A DNA stretch of 64,000 nucleotides, taken from a virus. The stretch spans positions 43,641 through 107,640 of IMG/VR virus record IMGVR_UViG_3300026189_000003. The stretch is one strand, 5' to 3'. The notes beneath the pieces are model-generated. The model ran no database searches. It worked only from the letters and a program-made list of their open reading frames with translations, and was not told where the DNA came from. The position numbers were made by a program, and so were the translations under genes. This document shows positions 50,332 to 59,333 of the stretch, piece after piece; within the stretch, counting starts at the first letter, position 1, and each line of letters opens with the position of its first letter.

Positions 50332-51651
50332 GTGAAAAATATTTCACACATTAAAAATGAGTTAGACGAAATATCGCCAAGTTTTTGTGCGGCCAAATGG
50401 CAACAGGTAACTTTACATTTACAAAATGGTCATACTCATAGTTGTCACCATCCACAAACTCATAAAATACCTTTGGAGGAAATAGAAAAAGATCCTTCAG
50501 CATTGCATAATACTGAGTACAAGAAACAACAACGTAAATTAATGTTAGAAGGCAAACGTCCTGAAGAATGTAGTTACTGTTGGAAAGTAGAAGATACCGA
50601 AGGTGCTCACTTCAGTGACAGGATTAAAAAAAGCAGTAGCTCGTGGGCTAGAAAAAATATACAGACAATAGCTAAACAAGATTGGAACTACAACACAGTA
50701 CCAACACACGTTGAAGTCAGTTTTTCAAATGTGTGTAATATGAAATGCATTTATTGTAGTCCTGTGTTTAGTAGTGAATGGTGGAGTGAAATAAATCAAC
50801 ATGGTGGATATCCTACCAGCGATCAGTTTAACAATTTAGACTGGATCATGGAAACAAGTAGAACACCGTATTTGAAAAGAGAACACAACCCATACATAGA
50901 AGCATGGTGGAAGTGGTGGCCCACTATCAAAGATAAACTTCATGTTTTACGTGTGACCGGTGGTGAACCTTTTTTAAGCAAGGACACAGCCAAGCTGATA
51001 AGTGACATCAAAACAGGAGGGTGTGAACAATTGGACTTGCACATCAACAGTAATCTACAAATACCTTTTTGGAAACTAAACAGTTATCTGAATGACATAT
51101 CCAAATTAAAAGAAGAGCAACTTATAAAAGATGCAAAAATTTTTACCAGCTGTGATGCACATGGAGAACAAGCAGAGTATATCAGAGAAGGTATGGAATA
51201 CGAAACATGGTTAAACAACTGTAAAAAGGTGCTTAAACGCGGTATATCCTTGCATATAATGGTGACAGCAAATGTTCTGAGCATTGATAGTATGAAACTG
51301 TTAATGACGGATATATACCGCTTAAAACAGGATTATAAGGCGGTTACGTACGGGGTCAGCATATTAAACAGTCCTAAGTTTTTAAATGTATTGAACTTGC
51401 CCAAAACCAAATATTGGATAGAAAAGTTCGATGAGCTAGTTGAATATGTGTCTGAACATCCACTTACAGAAAATAACGAGCTGAATTATATACAACGGTT
51501 AAGGAACTATTTTGTTAACAACGAAGTTAATAACAAAGACTTCACAGTGAACAGAGTAGACTGTCTTAAATTTATCCAAGAAATTGACCGCAGACGTAAT
51601 AAAAATTTTACTAATACATTTACTAACTACAAGTTTCTAATACACACCTAA
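50332..51651 (+). CDS. Radical SAM protein with an N-terminal twitch/SPASM-like Cys cluster
   Basis: CNMKCIYC, TGGEPF; N-terminal CAAKW...SCHH...CSYCW. Confidence 0.88.
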   Translation: MKNISHIKNELDEISPSFCAAKWQQVTLHLQNGHTHSCHHPQTHKIPLEEIEKDPSALHNTEYKKQQRKLMLEGKRPEECSYCWKVEDTEGAHFSDRIKKSSSSWARKNIQTIAKQDWNYNTVPTHVEVSFSNVCNMKCIYCSPVFSSEWWSEINQHGGYPTSDQFNNLDWIMETSRTPYLKREHNPYIEAWWKWWPTIKDKLHVLRVTGGEPFLSKDTAKLISDIKTGGCEQLDLHINSNLQIPFWKLNSYLNDISKLKEEQLIKDAKIFTSCDAHGEQAEYIREGMEYETWLNNCKKVLKRGISLHIMVTANVLSIDSMKLLMTDIYRLKQDYKAVTYGVSILNSPKFLNVLNLPKTKYWIEKFDELVEYVSEHPLTENNELNYIQRLRNYFVNNEVNNKDFTVNRVDCLKFIQEIDRRRNKNFTNTFTNYKFLIHT

Positions 51652-51702
51652 AAACGCATACAAGTAACTTTTTAAGTTAGCACATACGGTTTAAATACAA
51701 CT

Positions 51703-52794
51703 ATGTATAATTTACTAAAGCCAACAGATATAAAAATACTAGAAATTGAAGGTTCTTCATATTGCAATGCAGGTTGTCCTTACTGTGCTAGACACTTACC
51801 TGGAACTAGTATTCGCGACACTGGATTTACACAAACACATCTAACGTTAGACGTATTTAAAAAAGCTGTATCTGATCTTGGAAATCATGCACACAATATG
51901 GAATGCTGGTTTGTTGGAAACTTAGGTGATGCAATAATGAATCCAGACATATTATCAATGTGGCAAATAGCTGTTAATAGTTTCAAGTCTTGCGAAATAG
52001 AAACTAATGGCGGATTACGATCAAAAGAATTTTGGAAGCAGATGGGAGAAGTTGGATATCAAGCTAACAAAAAAAATGACACCAACAGTAACATAATAAC
52101 ATTTTCAATTGATGGACTAGAAGATACTAACGAAATTTATAGAAAGAAAGTTAATTGGAATAAGTTGACAGACAACATTAAATCTTATATTGATGCTGGT
52201 GGTACTGCTCACTGGAAATGGTTAACGTTTGAACACAACGAACATCAAATAGAAGAAGCAAAAGCACTTGCAAAAAGTTTAGGATTTAGAAAATTTATAA
52301 CAACACATTCTACAAGATATGCAGAGCAACAAAAAGAAAAAGAATTTTATGATAAATTAAGCGATGATCAAAGAACAGTTGGACTTAAATCAGATATTGA
52401 AAAAATTGTTGAACAAAAACTTAATGAAGTTGATTATTACAAAGAAGAAAAAATGATAAGCTGTAAAAATTTAAAAACAAAAAGAATGTATTTAAATGCA
52501 AAAGGAAAAGTTTGGCCTTGTTGTTGGCATTCGGCCAAATACGACAAGTATGATGACTTACGAGAAATGGATACAGCGTTGATAAAATATTACAAAGATG
52601 GATTTAATGATTTAGCTACAAGAAGTCTACAAGAAATTTTTAGTTCTCAAGCATGGGTAGATTTAACAGGCAGTTGGGAAACATCAGCAATTAATAAAAA
52701 TACACCGTTTCAGTTGTGTGCAAAAAAATGCAAAAATGATAAATGGCAAGCCACTTGTGCTATAAGACAACCTACCCAACATCTTCAAAGATAA
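51703..52794 (+). CDS. Radical SAM protein with a C-terminal SPASM domain
   Basis: CNAGCPYC, GNLGD, ETNGG, FSIDG; C...VWPCC...CAKKC. Confidence 0.88.
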   Translation: MYNLLKPTDIKILEIEGSSYCNAGCPYCARHLPGTSIRDTGFTQTHLTLDVFKKAVSDLGNHAHNMECWFVGNLGDAIMNPDILSMWQIAVNSFKSCEIETNGGLRSKEFWKQMGEVGYQANKKNDTNSNIITFSIDGLEDTNEIYRKKVNWNKLTDNIKSYIDAGGTAHWKWLTFEHNEHQIEEAKALAKSLGFRKFITTHSTRYAEQQKEKEFYDKLSDDQRTVGLKSDIEKIVEQKLNEVDYYKEEKMISCKNLKTKRMYLNAKGKVWPCCWHSAKYDKYDDLREMDTALIKYYKDGFNDLATRSLQEIFSSQAWVDLTGSWETSAINKNTPFQLCAKKCKNDKWQATCAIRQPTQHLQR

Positions 52795-52839
52795 CTTAAC
52801 ACATCATATAAATTTTTTACTAAAAGTTTAAATATTTTT

Positions 52840-53088
52840 ATGATACTGTTTCCAGAAAGAGTAACAACACTTAAAATATATTATTGGATGCCAGATTATA
52901 ACAACATCCTACAACTTTTTATGTGGCAGTTTAATGACATACCACCTGAGTTTAAAAAAGCTCATAAGTTTTTAAATCACTGGCACAACAACGTTGATGC
53001 AGTTATTGAAGAAGTACTTCTTGCACATTCTGGAAAATATAAGCAAGTAGAATTCAATCCAGTTGACGAAATATTTAAACTTCATTAA
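52840..53088 (+). CDS. usg: Usg-like protein
   Basis: TTLKIYYWMPDY..ILQLFMWQ..DIPPEF....KFL.HW...D. Confidence 0.75.
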   Translation: MILFPERVTTLKIYYWMPDYNNILQLFMWQFNDIPPEFKKAHKFLNHWHNNVDAVIEEVLLAHSGKYKQVEFNPVDEIFKLH

Positions 53089-53095
53089 ATACGTA

Positions 53096-53103
53096 TATAA
53101 ATA
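53096..53103 (+). promoter_or_regulatory. Late promoter 5 nt before the terminase ATG
   Basis: TATAAATA-CAGTT-ATG. Confidence 0.75.
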
Positions 53104-53108
53104 CAGTT

Positions 53109-54713
53109 ATGGTAAGAAAAAGTTTAGAAGGTAATCTGACTAAAAGGGCTTATTCTAAGTCTACATATGATGATAAGAAGATACTTGATTTAAAGAAATG
53201 TGCCGATAAGCAACACGGATATCTTTATTTTATGGAAAACTTTATGTGGATTCAACATCCAACTAGAGGTAGATTAAAGTTTGAACCTTATGATTTTCAA
53301 AAGAGTTTATTAGATACCTACAATAGTAATAGATTTGCAATCGCCATGTGTGCGAGGCAGACAGGTAAGACAACCTGTGCGGCAGGATATCTATTATGGT
53401 ATGCAATGTTTCATCCTGATGTCTTAATATTAATTGCGGCACACAAATATCAAGGTGCACAAGACATCATGCAACGTGTGAGATTTGCATATGAAGAAAC
53501 ACCTGATTATATTAGATGTGGTGTAACAAGTTATAATAAAGGATCGATGGATTTTGACAACGGTTCGAGAATCATAGCACAAACAACTACAGAAACAACT
53601 GGTAGAGGTATGTCTATATCACTAGTATACATGGATGAGTTTGCTTTTGTTGAACCACAACAAAAAGCTAATGAGTTTTGGACTTCCTTATCTCCTACAT
53701 TATCAACAGGTGGTAAATGTATTATTACATCAACACCAAATAACGATGATGATGTTTTTGCAGGACTGTGGAGAGGTGCAAACAAACGTGTTGACGAGTT
53801 TGGTCAGCCAACTAGAGATGGTACTGGTATAAATGGTTTCAAAGCAATTGGTGTTCATTGGAGCGAACATCCAGATAGAGATGAACAATGGGCAAAAGAT
53901 GAAAGAGCAAGAATTGGTGAAGAAAGATTTAGACGTGAACATGATTGTGAGTTCATTGCGTTTGATGAAACATTAATTGACGGATTAAAATTAGTTTCAT
54001 TAGCAGGTAAAGATCCTTTATATAAGACAGGACAAGTACGTTGGTATGAAAGACCTAAAAAAGGTCAAACATACGTGGCGGCACTTGATCCAAGTTTAGG
54101 TACAGGCGGAGACTTTGCGGCAATACAAGTTTATAGTGTGCCTGAATTAAAACAAGTTGCCGAATGGCAACATAATAAAACTTCTATACAAGGCCAGGTC
54201 AGGGCGTTGTTAGGTATATTAAAAGAGTTAGATAGCAATTTAAAAGAACAAGGATCACAGTCACCTGAAATATATTGGACAGTTGAGAACAATGCATTGG
54301 GTGAAGGAGCCATTGTAGCCATTGAAGAAATGGATGAAGCTAGATTTCCTGGATTCTTTTTACATGAACCAAGACGTGCAGGACAACAAAGAAGAGATGT
54401 TCACAAACGTAAAGGTTATAACACAACACACAAAGCAAAAATAACAGCTTGTAGTAAACTAAAACATTATGTTGAAACAGGTAAGATGACACTTAATAGT
54501 AGAAATTTAATTAGAGAATTAAAGTTGTTTGTAGCCAGAGGTAATTCTTTCTCTGCTAAAATAGGTGAGAACGATGACCTAGTATCAGCAACATTACTTT
54601 GTTGTAGACTAGTAGCATACCTGGCCAAATATGATCCTGTATTTGAGCAAAGTTTAGGAGAAGAAGGTGATCCTGATCAGGACAATATGACACCAATGCC
54701 AATGATTATATAA
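53109..54713 (+). CDS. gp17: Terminase large subunit
   Basis: ARQTGKTT, GRGMS..LVYMDEFAFV, ITSTPN, LDPSLGTGGD, VENN, NDDLV. Confidence 0.97.
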   Translation: MVRKSLEGNLTKRAYSKSTYDDKKILDLKKCADKQHGYLYFMENFMWIQHPTRGRLKFEPYDFQKSLLDTYNSNRFAIAMCARQTGKTTCAAGYLLWYAMFHPDVLILIAAHKYQGAQDIMQRVRFAYEETPDYIRCGVTSYNKGSMDFDNGSRIIAQTTTETTGRGMSISLVYMDEFAFVEPQQKANEFWTSLSPTLSTGGKCIITSTPNNDDDVFAGLWRGANKRVDEFGQPTRDGTGINGFKAIGVHWSEHPDRDEQWAKDERARIGEERFRREHDCEFIAFDETLIDGLKLVSLAGKDPLYKTGQVRWYERPKKGQTYVAALDPSLGTGGDFAAIQVYSVPELKQVAEWQHNKTSIQGQVRALLGILKELDSNLKEQGSQSPEIYWTVENNALGEGAIVAIEEMDEARFPGFFLHEPRRAGQQRRDVHKRKGYNTTHKAKITACSKLKHYVETGKMTLNSRNLIRELKLFVARGNSFSAKIGENDDLVSATLLCCRLVAYLAKYDPVFEQSLGEEGDPDQDNMTPMPMII

Positions 54714-54731
54714 TCAATGGTAAATAATAGC

Positions 54732-56108
54732 ATGGCAGTAAATTACTCATCAGTTGCAGAAAAAGTATTCAAAGTACTCAAAGGATCTGGATTAAACATT
54801 CAGATGTTTGATGCACAAGATGGAAAAGAACTATCAAATCCTCAACAATCAAGATTTTTTTATGTAGCAGACCCAAACTTGATGATCAATTTAGACGAGC
54901 AAAATCAAGAGTTAAAAGTGCATAAAGGCCCAGAAAACATAGCAGTTTTATCTGATTTACTTAAATCATTAAGAAATTTAGCAAAAGATAACCTTTTAGA
55001 CTTTGATTTAAGGGAATTTGGCAGGGAAATAAAGCCCAAAAATTACACTTATCGGTTAAATAGTAATAAGGTTACAGAAGAAATGGACAACGACATGGAA
55101 AAAGATCAAGATAAAATGAACACTACAGCAAATCTAAGAGATGTTGTATCACAAAAATTAACAGCACCAGTAATGATGCATCAAAGAAGTGCTTCTCAAT
55201 CAGAATTTGATCCAGAGAAAGTTACACAGTTCAGAGATAAAGATGCCAAAATTGCATTTAGATTAAGTGACTTGGCCGCTAGAGCACATGACGATGAGAT
55301 TTCAGTTTACCTTGCAAGAATGAGTGATAAGTTTTCAGGCAATGATCCAGAAGGTTGGTCTTCACCAGCTGAAAGAAATACAGACATAAAAGTAATCAAT
55401 GCGATACTTAAAAAAATTCAAGAACCAAAACCAGTTGCAAAAGCAGAAGCAACAAATTCAGAACTACCAGAGTTTAATCAGTTAGAAGAAGCATTAAACA
55501 GATTAACAGGAACTGATGTAGTAGTTGATGTAGTAGTTGAATCAAGTCATGACTCAATGATTAAAGACAGAGAAGATTACATGGCTAAAAGAAAAGCATT
55601 ACAAGATATTCAAATGAGACCAATGGATGATAAATTAAAAGCAGAAGTTATGCGTAGAAAAGCAGAACTAGAAGATGCGGCTAAAAAAATGGGTCTTAAA
55701 GAAAGTATTACTGAAGGTGGTAATGCTTGGGATTTAGCTGACACAGAAGCTAAAGAAACAATTGAAAACTCAGGCAGTGAACAAGAAGCAATACAAGGAT
55801 TAACAGATATGCTTTACCCAAGTCCAAAAGACGCTGACGAAAATTGGGCTAATGACATAATCAATGATTATATTGAAAGTGTTAAAAAGCATGGTCTTGA
55901 CAAAGTACAAGCTGGTATTGAAAGAGATAGTTTTGAACCTGATATGCCAGAATCAAAAGGAACTGATCACGATAAAGATGGTGATATAGATTCAGATGAT
56001 TATATGGCTTCTAGAGATAAAGCCATTAAAAAAGCAATGGGCAAAGAAGAAGCTGTTGAAGAAGATAACGAATTTATCGCTAGATTAAAAGAGTTATCAG
56101 GCATATAA
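54732..56108 (+). CDS. Probable prohead-associated/internal protein
   Basis: TAAATA-N5-ATG; several (L/I/V)xE sites, DHDKDGDIDSDD motif, C-terminal RLKELSGI. Confidence 0.6.
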   Translation: MAVNYSSVAEKVFKVLKGSGLNIQMFDAQDGKELSNPQQSRFFYVADPNLMINLDEQNQELKVHKGPENIAVLSDLLKSLRNLAKDNLLDFDLREFGREIKPKNYTYRLNSNKVTEEMDNDMEKDQDKMNTTANLRDVVSQKLTAPVMMHQRSASQSEFDPEKVTQFRDKDAKIAFRLSDLAARAHDDEISVYLARMSDKFSGNDPEGWSSPAERNTDIKVINAILKKIQEPKPVAKAEATNSELPEFNQLEEALNRLTGTDVVVDVVVESSHDSMIKDREDYMAKRKALQDIQMRPMDDKLKAEVMRRKAELEDAAKKMGLKESITEGGNAWDLADTEAKETIENSGSEQEAIQGLTDMLYPSPKDADENWANDIINDYIESVKKHGLDKVQAGIERDSFEPDMPESKGTDHDKDGDIDSDDYMASRDKAIKKAMGKEEAVEEDNEFIARLKELSGI

Positions 56109-56127
56109 AAAAATCCAAAAAAAACAC

Positions 56128-56241
56128 TTGACTTTTATCTAAATACTAAATATACTAGTGTTTAATGTTAAAAATATTAAACATTAACAGGCAACAACAT
56201 AGGCTAATAAAGGCACATATAGGCACAAGGAGGCTCAAATT
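56128..56241 (+). promoter_or_regulatory. gp32 promoter/leader: sigma70 plus late boxes, palindrome and phased AGGC(A/T) repeats
   Basis: TTGACT-17-TATACT; TAAATA twice; inverted repeat 56156-56186; AGGCW at 56189, 56201, 56211, 56221, 56231. Confidence 0.75.
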
Positions 56242-57309
56242 ATGGCAACACTAGCAGAAATCCGTGCGAAACTGGCGGAACAAGAAAACAAATCCTCGTC
56301 AAGAGGTTCAGTATCGGATAACGCAATTTATCCGTTCTGGAATATTCCGGAAGGAACAACTTCAACAATTAGATTTTTACCAGATGCAGATAAAAGTAAT
56401 ACTTTTTTCTGGGTAGAAAGAGCAATGATCAAATTACCTTTTCCAGGTGTTAAAGGTCAAGCTGATACTAAACCAACTATTGTACAAGTACCGTGTATGG
56501 AAATGTGGAATGAACCATGTCAAGTACTAGCGGAAGTAAGAACTTGGTTTAAAGATAAATCATTAGAAGATATGGGAAGAAAATATTGGAAGAAACGTTC
56601 TTATATTTTTAATGGTTTTGTAGTTAATTCAACATTAGATGAAGATACTGTTCCTGAAAATCCAATTAGAAGATTTGTAATTAATCCTTCTATCTTTAAT
56701 ATTATCAGATCAGCATTGATGAATCCAGATATGGAAGATCTACCAACTGATTTAGAATCAGGAAGAGATTTCAAATTAACGAAAACTCAAAAAGGTGGAT
56801 ATGCTGACTATTCAACATCAACTTGGAGTTTCAAAGCAAGATCAATTAGTGAATCAGAAAGAGGAGCAATTGATCAATATGGTTTACATAATTTAAGTGA
56901 CTATATGCCTAAGAAACCATCTCAAGAAGAACAAAAAATTATTCAAGAGATGTTTAAAGCATCAGTTGATGGAGAACTATATGATCCAGATAGGTTTGGT
57001 CAATACTATAAACCAGCTGGATTACAGACTTCGGGTTCTACAAACAGTGCACCAGCAACAGCATCAGCGACTGCAACTGCACCAGTAACTGAAACTGCGA
57101 CAGCTACACCAGTAGCACAGGCGCCAGTAACAGCTACACCGGTAGTAGAAGCTCAAGCACCAGTAGTAGAAAATACTCCTGAACCTGCAAAAGTAGAAGT
57201 AGCCGAGACAGTAACGGCAACTGCTACTGAATCAACTTCAGCTACAGGAAGCAAAGTATCCGCTGACGATATTTTGTCAATGATCAGAAGTAGACAAGCA
57301 AACAAATAG
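56242..57309 (+). CDS. gp32: Single-stranded DNA-binding protein
   Basis: IRFLPD, C.E....PC, YWKKRSY, G.DF.LTK...GGYADYSTS; upstream of uvsX. Confidence 0.9.
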   Translation: MATLAEIRAKLAEQENKSSSRGSVSDNAIYPFWNIPEGTTSTIRFLPDADKSNTFFWVERAMIKLPFPGVKGQADTKPTIVQVPCMEMWNEPCQVLAEVRTWFKDKSLEDMGRKYWKKRSYIFNGFVVNSTLDEDTVPENPIRRFVINPSIFNIIRSALMNPDMEDLPTDLESGRDFKLTKTQKGGYADYSTSTWSFKARSISESERGAIDQYGLHNLSDYMPKKPSQEEQKIIQEMFKASVDGELYDPDRFGQYYKPAGLQTSGSTNSAPATASATATAPVTETATATPVAQAPVTATPVVEAQAPVVENTPEPAKVEVAETVTATATESTSATGSKVSADDILSMIRSRQANK

Positions 57310-57320
57310 TAAGTTAATGT

Positions 57321-57349
57321 ATGATGGTGCATATTATTTGCACCATCAT
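57321..57349 (+). promoter_or_regulatory. 11-bp perfect stem-loop between gp32 and uvsX (no U-tract)
   Basis: ATGATGGTGCA TATTATT TGCACCATCAT. Confidence 0.55.
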
Positions 57350-57369
57350 CTTACTCAAGGAGAATTAAA

Positions 57370-58470
57370 ATGGTACGACCGTTCGATGTAAGTAAATTTA
57401 GAAATAGCTTAACAAAAAGCATACAAGGTATTTCTGTAGGATTTGATTCTGATCCAGATACATGGATTTCTACAGGAAATTATACTTTAAATCATCTTAT
57501 CAGTGGAGACTTTGAAAGAGGAATTCCGTTAGGTAGGGTAACTATGTTAGCAGGTGAATCAGGCTCAGGTAAAAGTTTGATAGCATCTGGTAATATTATT
57601 AGAAATGCACAAAAACAAGGAATCTTTTGTGTAGCACTTGACTCAGAAAATGCATTGCATGAAACTTGGTTACAAGATTTAGGAGTAGATACTTCTGATG
57701 ACAAGTTACTAAGAATTAATGTAGCAATGGTTGATGATGTTGCAAAAATTATTAGTGATTTTATTACTAATTACAAAAAAGATTATCAAGATAAACCACA
57801 AGAAGAAAGACCAAAAGTACTTTTTATAATTGATTCTTTAGGTATGTTGTTAACACCAACAGACAGAGATCAATTTGAAAAAGGTGATATGAAAGGTGAT
57901 TTAGGTAGAAAAGCAAAATCACTTACAGCATTAATTAGAAATACTGTTAATTTAATTGGTAGTTTGAATATTGGTTTATTAGCAACCAATCACACTTATG
58001 CATCACAAGATATGTTTGATCCAGATGATAAAGTATCAGGCGGACAGGGTTTTGTATATGCAAGTAGTATTGTTATTGCAATGAAAAAACTAAAATTAAA
58101 AGAAGATGAAGATGGTAATAAAATATCTGATGTTCGTGGTATTAGAGCAAGTTGTAAAGTCATGAAAACCAGATTTAATAAACCATTTGAAGCTGTTCAA
58201 GTTAAAATTCCATACGAATCAGGAATGGATCCATATAGTGGTCTTGTTGATTTGTTTGAGAAAAAAGGCATATTAGTCAAACAAGGAAACAGACTAAAGT
58301 ATGTTGACAGAATGGGCAAAGAACATTTGCATTATCGTAAACAATGGACTGGAGAAAATCTAGATTTGATTATGGCTGAATTTCAAGAACCTTCTGAAAA
58401 ACAAACTATAAATAAAACCGAAGGAGCAACAAGCAATGACGATGCAAATGGAGGCGGAGATGCTACTTGA
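57370..58470 (+). CDS. uvsX: RecA-like recombinase
   Basis: AGESGSGKS, DSENA, IIDSLG, NHTY, SGGQG. Confidence 0.95.
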   Translation: MVRPFDVSKFRNSLTKSIQGISVGFDSDPDTWISTGNYTLNHLISGDFERGIPLGRVTMLAGESGSGKSLIASGNIIRNAQKQGIFCVALDSENALHETWLQDLGVDTSDDKLLRINVAMVDDVAKIISDFITNYKKDYQDKPQEERPKVLFIIDSLGMLLTPTDRDQFEKGDMKGDLGRKAKSLTALIRNTVNLIGSLNIGLLATNHTYASQDMFDPDDKVSGGQGFVYASSIVIAMKKLKLKEDEDGNKISDVRGIRASCKVMKTRFNKPFEAVQVKIPYESGMDPYSGLVDLFEKKGILVKQGNRLKYVDRMGKEHLHYRKQWTGENLDLIMAEFQEPSEKQTINKTEGATSNDDANGGGDAT

Positions 58471-58678
58471 AGCTTGGCAAAAGTTGATAGAGTTTATTCC
58501 AGCAAAAGATAAACCAGATGCGGCAAGATCATATGTGTCACTAATTGACGAATATAGTATTGATGATCAACAAATTCAAGAGATCAAAGATGCTGACGGT
58601 CTTTTAGAAGCGGCACTAAATGAATATTATCATGACGAAAATGAAGATGTCGATGATGATGAATCAGAGGAGTGGTAG
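58436..58678 (+). CDS. Small acidic hypothetical protein
   Basis: AAGGAG SD and TATAAATA at 58407; lies between uvsX and uvsY. Confidence 0.7.
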   Translation: MTMQMEAEMLLEAWQKLIEFIPAKDKPDAARSYVSLIDEYSIDDQQIQEIKDADGLLEAALNEYYHDENEDVDDDESEEW

Positions 58679-59152
58679 ATGCCACAAGGCTGGTACGGGC
58701 AAGTAACATCTGATCTTGGTAAGATTGCTGAATGTATTACTTTCTACGAAGGTGAATTAGATCAAGCTAGAGTAGAATGTGGGTTAACCGGAAACATTGA
58801 AAAGAATGCTTCTAAGGTACCCGGCATAGTTGAGCATAGATTCAACCAATTACAAGAAATTGAAGCTATTCTAGAATTTCTAAATATACAATTACGCAAA
58901 ATTAGAAGTATCCATTATAAAAAGTTCTTAGAAACCTATCAAAGAGCTTTGACATCCAACGATGTGAAAAATTATATTGATGCAGAAGATGAAGTAGTCA
59001 GTATGACCAACATTGTAAATGAGTTTGCATTACTAAGAAATAAGTTTCTTGGACTAATGAAAGCCATTGATGCCAAGCAATTCCAGATCAATAACATAGT
59101 CAAATTACGTGTAGCAGGTCTTGATGATGCAGAACTATTTGCAAAAAAATAG
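58679..59152 (+). CDS. uvsY: Recombination mediator, UvsY-like
   Basis: Helical; DVKNYIDAED, K.FQINNIVKLR..G; uvsX-uvsY-uvsW synteny. Confidence 0.8.
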   Translation: MPQGWYGQVTSDLGKIAECITFYEGELDQARVECGLTGNIEKNASKVPGIVEHRFNQLQEIEAILEFLNIQLRKIRSIHYKKFLETYQRALTSNDVKNYIDAEDEVVSMTNIVNEFALLRNKFLGLMKAIDAKQFQINNIVKLRVAGLDDAELFAKK

Positions 59153-59173
59153 TTTCTGTGTTACAATAATGTT

Positions 59174-59332
59174 ATGAATAAAAGAAATGTGATAATAATC
59201 GCTGGGCTACTAGTAATAGTTGTATTTTCTGTATTTGTATATTTAGAAACACATATAGAAAACAACTGCACTGATGATGGTTGTCCTAGTTTTTTCTTAG
59301 GAACTAAAATTTTAACGGAAATAAAAGAATAG
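59174..59332 (+). CDS. 52-aa membrane peptide (not in ORF track)
   Basis: MNKRNVIIIAGLLVIVVFSVFVYLETHIENNCTDDGCPSFFLGTKILTEIKE; TTGCAA-17-TACAAT ends 6 nt before the ATG; stop abuts the uvsW start. Confidence 0.6.
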   Translation: MNKRNVIIIAGLLVIVVFSVFVYLETHIENNCTDDGCPSFFLGTKILTEIKE

Positions 59333-59333
59333 A

